NCBI RefSeq assembly: GCF_023700745.1
Contig: NZ_JAMPYG010000004.1
Location: 1,629-65,628, forward strand
Length of the DNA: 64,000 nt
Reading direction: 5' to 3'
Source: Rhodoferax sp.
Lineage (GTDB): Bacteria; Pseudomonadota; Gammaproteobacteria; Burkholderiales; Burkholderiaceae_C
This document shows positions 39,326 to 47,663 of this stretch, piece by piece (position 1 is the stretch's first letter; the number at the start of each line of letters is the position of its first letter). The notes below the pieces were generated by a model that did not search any database, was not told the origin of the DNA, and was given only the letters and a program-made list of their open reading frames with translations. The translations under genes and the position numbers were made by a program.

Positions 39326-40423
39326 CTACCAGACCAGGCTCTGGCTGTCCTGCTTGTCGAACAAGTGCAGGCGGTTCAGGTTCACGCGCAGGACGGCGTT
39401 TTCGCCGTCCTTGTGCTGGCCTTCCTTGCCGACGCGGAAGAACAACTTGGTTCCCTCCACTTCCACTTCCAGGAACTGGTCGGACCCGACCGGCAGCACC
39501 GAGAGGATGCGGCCCTGCAGGCAATCCCCGGCTGATTCGCCGCTGTGCGATGTCACGTCCTCGGCGCGAATACCGAGCACCACGTCGCGCCCGGCCTGAC
39601 CGCTGACCCGCTCGGCAACGTGTGGCGGCAGCATCAGCGTCAGCTGGCCACGCCGGAACACCATCTGTCCTCCCTCCATGGCCAGGGTGCCGTCCATGAA
39701 ATTGATCGGCGGATTGCCCAGGAACGAAGCCACGAACATGTTGCGCGGGCGCTCGTAAATGTCGTCCGGCTTGCCAATCTGCTGCACCACGCCGCTGCGC
39801 ATCACCACAATGCGGTCGGCCAGCGTCAGTGCTTCGGCCTGATCGTGCGTGACGTAGACAAACGTGGTCTGCATGGCCTGATGCAACTGCTTGATCTCGG
39901 CCCGCATGGAAATACGCAGCGTCGCATCCAGGTTCGACAGCGGCTCGTCCATCAAAAAGACCGCAGGTTGCCGCACCATGGCCCGCCCCAGTGCCACGCG
40001 CTGGCGCTGGCCGCCTGACAACTGGTCCGGGCGCCGCTCCAGCAGCGGCTCGATCTCGAGCCGGCGTGCCGCATCGCGCACGCGGCGATCCACTTCATCC
40101 TTGGGATGTTTGCGCATGCGCAGGCCAAACGCGATGTTCTCGTACACCGTCTTGTTCGGGTACAGCGCGTAGCTCTGAAACACCATCGCCACATCGCGCT
40201 TGTGCGGCGGGACGATGTTCATCACCTCGTTGTCGAAATACAGATTTCCCTCGGTCACATCTTCCAGCCCCGCAATCATGTTCAGGGTGGTCGACTTGCC
40301 GCAACCGGAGGGGCCGAGCAACACCAGGAATTCCTTGTCGGCGATGTCGAGGTTGAGATTTTCCAGTGCGACGAACCCATTGGGATAATGTTTACCGACG
40401 CTTTCAAATTTGATCCGGGCCAC
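39326..40423 (-). CDS. ABC transporter ATP-binding protein, MalK/UgpC (CUT1) type
   Basis: GPSGCGKST, LSGGQRQRVALGRA, FLMDEPLSNLD, and a TOBE-like C-terminal domain. GTG start is preceded by AAGGAG. Confidence 0.9.
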   Translation of the reverse strand: MARIKFESVGKHYPNGFVALENLNLDIADKEFLVLLGPSGCGKSTTLNMIAGLEDVTEGNLYFDNEVMNIVPPHKRDVAMVFQSYALYPNKTVYENIAFGLRMRKHPKDEVDRRVRDAARRLEIEPLLERRPDQLSGGQRQRVALGRAMVRQPAVFLMDEPLSNLDATLRISMRAEIKQLHQAMQTTFVYVTHDQAEALTLADRIVVMRSGVVQQIGKPDDIYERPRNMFVASFLGNPPINFMDGTLAMEGGQMVFRRGQLTLMLPPHVAERVSGQAGRDVVLGIRAEDVTSHSGESAGDCLQGRILSVLPVGSDQFLEVEVEGTKLFFRVGKEGQHKDGENAVLRVNLNRLHLFDKQDSQSLVW

Positions 40424-40435
40424 GTATTTACTCCT

Positions 40436-41353
40436 TTAACCTTTGACTGCACCGGCGGTCAGGCCGGAGACGATATAGCGCTCAAACATGATGGCCACCA
40501 CCACCGGCGGAACAATGGCCAGCACGCCAGCGGCATTGATGAACGAAAAGCTGATGTTGAAATCCGATGTGAACGAAGCCACCACGATGGGCATGGTTTG
40601 CGATGCCAGGGTCTGGGTGAACATCAGCGCCAGCAAAAACTCATTCCAGCTGGTGAGGAAGGTGAAAAGAACCACCGCCACCAGGGATGGCAGGGCCAGT
40701 GGCAGGTACACCAGCGTCAAGGTCTGGAAGCGTGAGCAGCCATCCACCCGCGCCGCCTTGTCCAGGTCATCCGGCAGCGACTCGAAGTAGCCGGTCAGAA
40801 TGAAAGTGCTGAACGGCACCGTGATGGCCAGGTAGGTGATGATGAGCGACAGCTTGCTGTCGAGCAAGCCGAGCTGCTGCACGAACAGGAAGAACGGCAC
40901 CACCAGCGCAATGTCCGGGATCACACGGGTGGTGAGCATGAAGTAGATCGAACTGTCCCGCCCGATGAAACGGATCTTGGCCAGCGCATAGGCCGCCGGC
41001 ACACTGACCAGCAGGTTCAGGATCACCACCGCCACCGCCACCACCAGGCTGTTCCACATGGACGGGAGCAGATTTTTGGCCGTGGAAGGAATGAAGCCTC
41101 CCGTTGCGGTATCCCCCTCCTTGCGATTTTCATAGGTCACCACCTTGTCCTTGGCGGTGAAGATCGTCGCAAAATTTTCAAGCGTGGGATGATCGGGTAT
41201 CCAGTGCGGTGGCACCGAAGTGATCTCTGCCTCCGACTGAAATGACGATGAGACCAGCCAGCCGATCGGCGCCAGCACATACAGGGCAAAGAGCAGCGAG
41301 GCAAAAAAGAGCAGCGCCCGTCTGCCAAGGTGGGGGATTTTCATAGGTTGCAT
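40436..41353 (-). CDS. carbohydrate-type (CUT1) ABC transporter permease
   Basis: Six TM helices and the EAA loop LDKAARVDGCSRFQTLTLVYLPLALP. Start taken at ATG 41353, with 41344 also possible; the track start at 41506 overlaps the upstream gene. Confidence 0.8.
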   Translation of the reverse strand: MQPMKIPHLGRRALLFFASLLFALYVLAPIGWLVSSSFQSEAEITSVPPHWIPDHPTLENFATIFTAKDKVVTYENRKEGDTATGGFIPSTAKNLLPSMWNSLVVAVAVVILNLLVSVPAAYALAKIRFIGRDSSIYFMLTTRVIPDIALVVPFFLFVQQLGLLDSKLSLIITYLAITVPFSTFILTGYFESLPDDLDKAARVDGCSRFQTLTLVYLPLALPSLVAVVLFTFLTSWNEFLLALMFTQTLASQTMPIVVASFTSDFNISFSFINAAGVLAIVPPVVVAIMFERYIVSGLTAGAVKG

Positions 41354-41376
41354 GGAACTCGGGTTGCAATGTCCGG

Positions 41377-42294
41377 CTAGAGCTTGCGGCTCGTGCTTCG
41401 GATGATGAAAAAGGCCAGCGTGAAGGTGACGATCGCCATGATGTAGGCGAGCGCCGCCCCGGTACCAAACGCAAGCTTGCGAAAGGTTTCCACGTAAACC
41501 TGCCAAGCGACCACGTGCGATGCATCGGCCGGTCCGCCTTCGGTCAGAATGAAAAACAGATCGAAATGCCGTATGGCCATCATCGTTTCATAAATCATGA
41601 CCAAGGCAAAGCCCGGCGTCAGCGCCGGCAGGGTAATGTGAATGAAGCGCTGCCACACATTGGCGCCATCGACTTTGGCGGCGCTGTACAAGTCAGCGCG
41701 AATCGATTTGAGCGTCACCAGCAACAGAATGGTGGCCAGTGGCACCTCTTTCCAGACAAAAGAGTTGGTGATGAGCAACATGGTCTTCTCGACGTCCCCG
41801 AGCATCACCAGGTACTTGTCGATCAGACCGAGCTGAAACAGGAGACCATTGAGGGCGCCGTAGCCGGAGTCGTAAATCCATTTCCACATGAGCCCGTTGG
41901 CCACATAGGGAATCGCCCAGGGAATCAACAAAATGGCCGACAGAATGCGGCGGCCCCGGAATTCCTCGTTGAGCAGCAAGGCCATCAGCATCGCGATCAA
42001 CATGATGGCCGTCACCGACATCAGGGTAAAGCTTGTGCTGCGCCCAACCGAATCCCAAAACATCTGATCCTGAAAGATGTTGGCATAGTTGTCGAACCAG
42101 ACGAAGGGCGCACGGTGCGGGCGCGTCAGCTTGAGGTCGAAAAGGCTGATCCAGAACGAATACAGGATCGGAAAAACCGCCACGGCAGTCAGGATGACCA
42201 TCATGGGTGCGAGAAAAAGCATGGCACTTTTCTGGTCATACGCACTGACCGGGGTGCCGATCAACCGGCGTAGCCCCTTGCTTTTGTTGCTCAT
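41377..42294 (-). CDS. carbohydrate-type (CUT1) ABC transporter permease
   Basis: Six TM helices and the EAA loop LYSAAKVDGANVWQRFIHITLPALTP. Confidence 0.85.
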   Translation of the reverse strand: MSNKSKGLRRLIGTPVSAYDQKSAMLFLAPMMVILTAVAVFPILYSFWISLFDLKLTRPHRAPFVWFDNYANIFQDQMFWDSVGRSTSFTLMSVTAIMLIAMLMALLLNEEFRGRRILSAILLIPWAIPYVANGLMWKWIYDSGYGALNGLLFQLGLIDKYLVMLGDVEKTMLLITNSFVWKEVPLATILLLVTLKSIRADLYSAAKVDGANVWQRFIHITLPALTPGFALVMIYETMMAIRHFDLFFILTEGGPADASHVVAWQVYVETFRKLAFGTGAALAYIMAIVTFTLAFFIIRSTSRKL

Positions 42295-42320
42295 CTAATT
42301 GCCTCTTTCAGGATGCACAT

Positions 42321-42347
42321 CCGGGGGCGTTGTGAGTCCCCCCCCGG
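42321..42347 (-). other. intercistronic GC hairpin between the binding-protein and permease genes
   Basis: CCGGGGG (42321-42327) pairs with CCCCCGG (42341-42347). It lies in the 66-nt gap after the SBP stop, the position typical of hairpins that raise SBP:permease mRNA ratios. Confidence 0.5.
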
Positions 42348-42360
42348 AATCGCCATATGC

Positions 42361-43689
42361 TCAGGACTGCTTGCGCAGGTCGTTCCAGGCCTGGGCCGAC
42401 TTCTTCAGCGCGTCAGCCGGCGTGATCTTGCCGATGACGGCCGACTGCCAGGCGGAGCCGTTGATTTCGTCCCACTCGCCAAACCAACGCGTGATGACGT
42501 CCTTTTTGCGAGCGAACTGTTGCTGCTTTTCGAACATGGCTATATCGGAGTATTTTGCGTAGGAGGCTTGGACTTCAGGGTCCTTGAACAAGTCCTTCAC
42601 CGCAAAACCGGAGCCAATGTCGGTAAAGAGCATTTTCTGGAACCGGTATTGACCCTCGGCCTTGCCGCCAAACCATTCGATCAGCTTGGCCGCATTGGCG
42701 GCACGCGTTTTATCGGCGGCAGCCTGCGCCGTCATGCCGTGAAAACGCATCCATCCCACGGTGGCATGAGATCCGCCGACGCCAGCCGGCATCAGCGCCT
42801 GCTTGACATGCCCGGCAATCTGCGACTGCTTGGGATCGTTGAGGGTGCGGATGCGGTAGCGGCTCAGCAGGGCAAACGCGTGGTTGCCGGAGCTGAATGA
42901 CTTCAGGCCGTTGAGCTCGCCGGTTTCAACGCAGGCAGGCGAAATGATCTTGTACTTGTTGACGGCATCGACGATCCATTGCAAGGCCTGCACGGCACCT
43001 TTTTTCGGATCGCTCATGATGGCCGCGCCGCTGGCGTCGGTAAACCCACCACCATTGGAATACACCATGGCGGTCAGGAATTCGATCAGCCAGCTCTCAC
43101 GCGCCATGGGCAACATCATGGGGTACTCGGAGATGCCGGCCGCCTTGATCTTGAGTGATTGCTGAACCAGCTCGTCCCAGGTCGTTGGTGGCGCCTTGAT
43201 GCCGGCCTTTTTCAGCTTTTCCTCGTCATAGAAGAACGCCATATAGTCGGTGTAATAGCTCAAGCCATACTGCTTGCCTTTGTATTGCATCGACTGCGTG
43301 CTGAAGTCGTCTGCCTCTGCGTTGTATTTCATCAACTCGGGAAAATTGTTGATTGGGGCCAACCAACCCGCGTCCGCCCATTCAGGCAGCCAACTGTCGG
43401 AAACCCATAAAACGTCCAGCGGCGCCTTGCCCACAAACTTGGTCACCATGGTGTCGCGGTACTGCGCCCAAGGCGCATTGTTGTAGTTGACCTTGATGCC
43501 GGTCTTGGCCTCGAACGCCCCCAGGTGACTCTTGACGGTATCCACCGCAGCCGACCACGTGTAAAAGTTCAGCGGCGCAGTCTGCGCATGACCGGGCAGC
43601 GACAACAACCCGGATCCAGCCACGCCAGCCGAGGCAGTCATCTTTAGAAAATCACGACGACTCGAACCTTCTGTCCATATATTGCTCAT
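42361..43689 (-). CDS. ABC transporter extracellular solute-binding protein (family 1, sugar/polyol type) with twin-arginine signal
   Basis: SRRDFLKMTASAGVAGSGLLSLPGHAQT Tat-type signal. Length of about 440 aa. ATG at 43689 is preceded by AGGAGAAGGA; the track GTG at 43716 was rejected. Confidence 0.85.
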   Translation of the reverse strand: MSNIWTEGSSRRDFLKMTASAGVAGSGLLSLPGHAQTAPLNFYTWSAAVDTVKSHLGAFEAKTGIKVNYNNAPWAQYRDTMVTKFVGKAPLDVLWVSDSWLPEWADAGWLAPINNFPELMKYNAEADDFSTQSMQYKGKQYGLSYYTDYMAFFYDEEKLKKAGIKAPPTTWDELVQQSLKIKAAGISEYPMMLPMARESWLIEFLTAMVYSNGGGFTDASGAAIMSDPKKGAVQALQWIVDAVNKYKIISPACVETGELNGLKSFSSGNHAFALLSRYRIRTLNDPKQSQIAGHVKQALMPAGVGGSHATVGWMRFHGMTAQAAADKTRAANAAKLIEWFGGKAEGQYRFQKMLFTDIGSGFAVKDLFKDPEVQASYAKYSDIAMFEKQQQFARKKDVITRWFGEWDEINGSAWQSAVIGKITPADALKKSAQAWNDLRKQS

Positions 43690-43800
43690 ATTTCCTTCTC
43701 CTATGTTGATGGCCACAGCACGCCAAATGGCTGCTTGTTATCGATCAGATTGACGCCCACCGTCAGACTGAACCGAGTTCATTGTTACGCCAATTTTTTA

Positions 43801-43818
43801 TATCGTCAATTGACGATA
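43801..43818. promoter_or_regulatory. perfect 18-bp palindrome TATCGTCAATTGACGATA, candidate TetR operator of the transporter/oxidase operon
   Basis: Exact self-complement, 112 nt upstream of the SBP ATG. Related half-sites TATCG..ATTGACG occur at 43739-43755. Confidence 0.55.
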
Positions 43819-43920
43819 ACCCTAACGTGCTTGCACAAATATTCGGCAAATCAGACCAAGCATTTTGCGTGCCAGGGTTGATGCACCCTGCCGGTGCAGA
43901 CAAGCCTGACCCGGTCTGCC

Positions 43921-44232
43921 TCACTGGATCGGCGAAAAACCCACGGGATTAAGAAACACGCTTTCCTGATGCACAAGATAGGGCAGGATCGAGGGCACAA
44001 AGGCCGTCCACTCGGCGTCTTGAGCCATCTTGGTGCGCTGGGCGCTGCGGTGCGCAAAATCATCGTAAGCCCAGAGGAAAACAACAGAATTCAGCACCCC
44101 GGATTCCTTGGTCCAGCAGCCGATTAATCTGGCATAACGGGTGATGATGTGCAAGCCATTGGCCTGGTAAATTTTCAGAAACTCAGGTGCTTTTCCAGCC
44201 TGAATCTGATACGTACGCATTTCTAGAATCAT
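43921..44232 (-). CDS. NIPSNAP family protein
   Basis: 103 aa. MILEMRTYQIQAGKAPEFL..VVFLWAYDDFAHR fits the dimeric alpha-beta-barrel NIPSNAP pattern. ATG at 44232 is preceded by GGGGA. Confidence 0.7.
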   Translation of the reverse strand: MILEMRTYQIQAGKAPEFLKIYQANGLHIITRYARLIGCWTKESGVLNSVVFLWAYDDFAHRSAQRTKMAQDAEWTAFVPSILPYLVHQESVFLNPVGFSPIQ

Positions 44233-44300
44233 GATTTTTCCCCATATATAAATGGTTTGGAATACCCGAAGGCACGCCATAAAGTAGTTTCATTTCACTC

Positions 44301-44316
44301 ATCGTCAACTGAAGAT
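44301..44316. promoter_or_regulatory. second operator-like site ATCGTCAACTGAAGAT in the NIPSNAP/tetR divergent region
   Basis: Matches 14 of 16 positions of the core of the 43801 palindrome (ATCGTCAATTGACGAT). It lies 45 nt upstream of the tetR ATG. Confidence 0.45.
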
Positions 44317-44360
44317 TTATTTTGCCATTAAAGTAGAACCCTTTTCAATTTAAACGTCAC

Positions 44361-45056
44361 ATGCGCGCCAAATCAGATCATCTAACGACCCTGCGTCAAA
44401 AGTCCGCAAATAGCGCTCCCACACGAAAGGGCAGGCGCGTCACCGTGCGCATGCCTGCAGCAGAACGTCGTGAACAGATCCTGAAAAAAGCCTTCGAGTT
44501 CTTCTCGGAATATGGTCTGACCGCACAAACACGCGCACTGGCCGAGTCCTGCGGGGTATCGCAAAGGCTTCTCTACAGCATCTTTCCCAACAAATCGGCA
44601 TTGATCAATGCCGTATACGAAACCGCCATTGCCGGCGTCTTCAAGGCTGTATGGTTTGTACAGCTCCAGGACAGAAGCAAGCCCATCGAACAGCGTCTCA
44701 AGGATTTTTATTGCGAGTATTACGATACCGTCCTGACGCGTAGCTGGATGCGATTGTTTTTGTATGCATCACTGGCGGAAGTTGAAATGGCGCCAACCTA
44801 TATTGGGTCCATCATCAAGCACTTGCTCGACATCGTGATGAAAGAGGCACTTGACGAGGCCGGCCTGCAAAGTCCAATCGATCAAGCCCAGGCCCAGGAA
44901 ATCTGCTGGATTTTGCATGGCGCAGTGTCCCATCTGGCGATACGCCGACACATTTACCGGGACCAGACGGCCTTGAACGTCGAGAAGGTGATTGAACTGC
45001 AAATCAAATCATTTCTGGCAGGTCTGAAAAGTATTTTGCCAGCCAACGCGACCTGA
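44361..45056 (+). CDS. TetR/AcrR family transcriptional regulator
   Basis: N-terminal HTH ILKKAFEFFSEYGLTAQTRALAESCGVSQRLLYSIFPNK. An alternative ATG lies at 44451. Confidence 0.8.
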   Translation: MRAKSDHLTTLRQKSANSAPTRKGRRVTVRMPAAERREQILKKAFEFFSEYGLTAQTRALAESCGVSQRLLYSIFPNKSALINAVYETAIAGVFKAVWFVQLQDRSKPIEQRLKDFYCEYYDTVLTRSWMRLFLYASLAEVEMAPTYIGSIIKHLLDIVMKEALDEAGLQSPIDQAQAQEICWILHGAVSHLAIRRHIYRDQTALNVEKVIELQIKSFLAGLKSILPANAT

Positions 45057-45241
45057 AATCCGTGCCATTGACCGGATGAGCGCACCGTGGGTTGCAACTT
45101 CTGCAACATGGACGCGGGCAGTGACTACATCAAAACCCAGGCGGCGGCATAGGCCGCACGGGACAGATTCGACCAATCGCAGCATCCACGAGACGAAAAA
45201 ATCTTTGTGGATCAGGGTATATGCTTAGTTTGGTCACCTGA

Positions 45242-45274
45242 AAGCCGCATCGGCAACAGCCTTTGCGGCTTTTT
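45242..45274. terminator. hairpin terminator AAGCCGCA-N14-TGCGGCTT followed by T-run
   Basis: 8-bp stem at 45242-45249 and 45264-45271, with a T5 run to 45274 on the plus strand. It lies 4 nt after the stop of the minus-strand DUF6172 gene, so it may serve either direction. Confidence 0.55.
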
Positions 45275-45277
45275 CAT

Positions 45278-45595
45278 TTACTGCAGGGCGGCACCTGTTG
45301 ACTCGGCGCCGGTACGAGGCATGCGGTGCCCTGGTTTGGCCAGCAGTTCCAGGTAAAACGCATCGCCACCCTCCTTGACCACTGCATCGATCAGAGCCGT
45401 CAGGGTGGCAAGGTGAACCCCCTGCGCATTCTCTGCGGTGGTGCCAAATTTACAGTCAAAGTCCCAGAAGTCGACGCCTTCGGGCAGCGCCTTGCGGCGC
45501 TCGCGCTTGATGTACTGGCGGATTTCATGCTTGGTGGCGTCCAGCACGCGGTCGCGGTTTTTGCCTTCGATGTTGAGTTGGAATGTTTTTTTCAT
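45278..45595 (-). CDS. DUF6172 family protein
   Basis: MKKTFQLN..HEIRQYIKRERRKALPEGVDFWDFDCKFG..FYLELLAKPGHR matches my memory of this small conserved family. ATG at 45595. Confidence 0.65.
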   Translation of the reverse strand: MKKTFQLNIEGKNRDRVLDATKHEIRQYIKRERRKALPEGVDFWDFDCKFGTTAENAQGVHLATLTALIDAVVKEGGDAFYLELLAKPGHRMPRTGAESTGAALQ

Positions 45596-45769
45596 GCTGT
45601 CCTTTGAAGCGATAGTTGGCGGCCTGCCAAGGCTGCCATGCGTGGGGGTGATTATGCGTCCAGCCCCATCACCGCCGCCCGCCAGCACCGGCCGGTGCGA
45701 AACACGTAAACTGCCCCACTACGTCGCTATTCCTGCTTGCCGCTCCTGCCCTCACTTCAGACCACGTTT

Positions 45770-47023
45770 ATGTCCTTTTCCACACTTGGATTGTCCAGCC
45801 CGCTGTCTGAAGCTGTCAGCAGCCTGGGTTTTGACACCCCCACGCCCATCCAGCTCGGCGCCATCGGGCCGGCACTGCAGGGCCGCGACCTGCTGGGCTG
45901 CGCGCACACCGGCTCGGGCAAAACGCTGGCCTTTGCCCTGCCCTTGCTGCAAACCCTGTCGGGTTCGCCCGGCCGCCAGGCCCAGGCGCTGGTGCTGGTG
46001 CCCACGCGCGAACTGGCGACCCAGGTGGGCGACACGATTCGTACCCTGGCACAACACCTGCCGCGGCCACCCAGGGTCAGCGTGGTGTTTGGCGGCGTCT
46101 CGATCAACCCGCAAATGATGGGCTTGCGCGGCGGCACCGAGGTACTGGTGGCGACACCGGGGCGGCTGCTGGACCTGGTGGCGCACAACGCGGTCAAGCT
46201 CTCGGGGGTGCAGCTGCTGGTGCTTGACGAGGCCGACCGCCTGCTTGACCTGGGTTTTGCCGAAGAATTGAACCAGTTGCTGGCGCTCCTGCCTGCGAAA
46301 CGCCAGAGCCTGTTTTTCTCGGCCACTTTCGCGCCAGCGGTGCAGACGCTGGCCAACACCCTGCTGCACGACCCGGTGCGCGTGGACGTGCGTCCCGACG
46401 CCGCGCCACCGCTGGAGATCGTGCAGCGCGCGATTGCCGTCGACACACCCAGGCGCACCCAGTTGCTGCGCCACCTGATCCAGCAGAACGCCTGGTCACG
46501 GGTGCTGGTCTTTGTGGCCACCAAATTTGCCGCCGAGATTGTGGCCGACAAGCTGCGCAAGGTCGGTGTGACGGCCGAGCCCTTTCACGGCGAACTGAGC
46601 CAGGGCAAACGCACCCAGGTGCTGACCGATTTCAAGGCAGAACGCCTGGCCGTGGTGGTGGCCACCGATGTGGCGGCGCGCGGCCTGGACATTGCGGGCT
46701 TGCCGGTGGTGCTGAACTTTGACTTGCCGCGCTCGGCCAACGACTACACCCACCGTGTCGGCCGCACCGGCCGCGCTGGCGAACCGGGCCTGGCGGTAAG
46801 CTTTGTCAGTGCCGCCACGCTGCCGCACTGGCGGTTGATCGCCAAACGACAGCGGCTGGCGCTTGAACTGGAAAGCATCCCCGGTTTTGAAGCCCTTGAG
46901 ACCGCCCCGCCAGCCTCAAACCTTCCCGACGCTCCCAGCAACGGCGGCGTCAAGGGCCTGCGCCCGAGCAAAAAAGACAAGCTGCGCGCACTGGCGTCAA
47001 ACAGCAAAACGCCTGTGCCTTAA
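45770..47023 (+). CDS. DEAD-box ATP-dependent RNA helicase (RhlE-like)
   Basis: Q-motif GFDTPTPIQ, AHTGSGKT, VLDEADRLLD, SAT and HRVGRTGRAG. ATG at 45770. Confidence 0.9.
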   Translation: MSFSTLGLSSPLSEAVSSLGFDTPTPIQLGAIGPALQGRDLLGCAHTGSGKTLAFALPLLQTLSGSPGRQAQALVLVPTRELATQVGDTIRTLAQHLPRPPRVSVVFGGVSINPQMMGLRGGTEVLVATPGRLLDLVAHNAVKLSGVQLLVLDEADRLLDLGFAEELNQLLALLPAKRQSLFFSATFAPAVQTLANTLLHDPVRVDVRPDAAPPLEIVQRAIAVDTPRRTQLLRHLIQQNAWSRVLVFVATKFAAEIVADKLRKVGVTAEPFHGELSQGKRTQVLTDFKAERLAVVVATDVAARGLDIAGLPVVLNFDLPRSANDYTHRVGRTGRAGEPGLAVSFVSAATLPHWRLIAKRQRLALELESIPGFEALETAPPASNLPDAPSNGGVKGLRPSKKDKLRALASNSKTPVP

Positions 47024-47059
47024 AATCGCGGCTTCTTTCACAGCCTCTGGATTTACACC

Positions 47060-47521
47060 ATGAACCGCTGCCTCGCTGCCCTCAAGGGCTTGTCTTTGGG
47101 ACTGATGTCCCTGCTGCTGATGCTGGTCACGCTCGCGCCCGAACCACTGGCTGCGCAAGGCCTGGTGCGGCAATTCCCGGCTGCGGCCAAGCGCGGTACG
47201 CTGGAAGTCACCCAGCCGCCCAACATTTTGATCAACGGCCAACCCGAGCGCCTGTCGCCCGGTGCCCGCATCAAGAACCCCAGCAACATGATCGTTCTGT
47301 CGGGCAGTCTGGTCGGCCAGGCGTTGCTGATCAACTACCTGCGCGACCTGCAGGGCCAGGTCCATGAAGTGTGGCTGCTGAATCCGGCCGAAGCGAAAGA
47401 AAAGCGCGCCGGCATGGAGCCGGTGACCAACTTTGTCTTCGGCTCGGATGCCGACAAGCCCAAGACTGACGACGGCAAAACCCCGTTCAACCAGTTGCCA
47501 AAGTTCAACCAGGGCCAGTGA
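47060..47521 (+). CDS. hypothetical exported protein
   Basis: 153 aa with a signal peptide ([24 protein letters not shown]). GC3-rich codon usage like its neighbours. No family recognised. Confidence 0.55.
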   Translation: MNRCLAALKGLSLGLMSLLLMLVTLAPEPLAAQGLVRQFPAAAKRGTLEVTQPPNILINGQPERLSPGARIKNPSNMIVLSGSLVGQALLINYLRDLQGQVHEVWLLNPAEAKEKRAGMEPVTNFVFGSDADKPKTDDGKTPFNQLPKFNQGQ

Positions 47522-47539
47522 GATTTCGGGCTTTGCCCG

Positions 47540-47600
47540 CTGTGGGACCTGCACCCTGTGGGAGCGGCGCCTTGTGGGAGCGGCGCCCTCGCCGCGATTG
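47540..47600. repeat. tandem GTGGGAGCGGCGCC repeat ending in a GC hairpin (REP-like)
   Basis: 16-nt units at 47556-47571 and 47572-47587 are 15/16 identical. A partial copy (CTGTGGGACC) lies at 47540-47549. Hairpin GCGGCG-CCCT-CGCCGC at 47580-47595. Confidence 0.6.
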
Positions 47601-47663
47601 CCCCCTGACAAGCCATCGTCCCGAAGCGTGCCCCTTACCAACACACAACACACCATTTCTACC

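Noticed and set aside
43851-44127. 77-aa ORFs on both strands (43851-44084 minus, 43894-44127 plus) overlapping the NIPSNAP gene.
   Set aside because: They are alternative frames of the same DNA. Only the 43921-44232 frame gives a NIPSNAP-like sequence with an SD-preceded ATG.
29625-45277. The tRNA-adjacent accessory cluster as an integrated genomic island.
   Set aside because: There is no integrase, transposase or phage gene. I found no direct repeat of the tRNA 3' end at the far boundary (45057-45277). Base composition of the operon looks similar to the flanks by eye. tRNA adjacency alone is not enough. Horizontal origin remains possible but is unsupported here.
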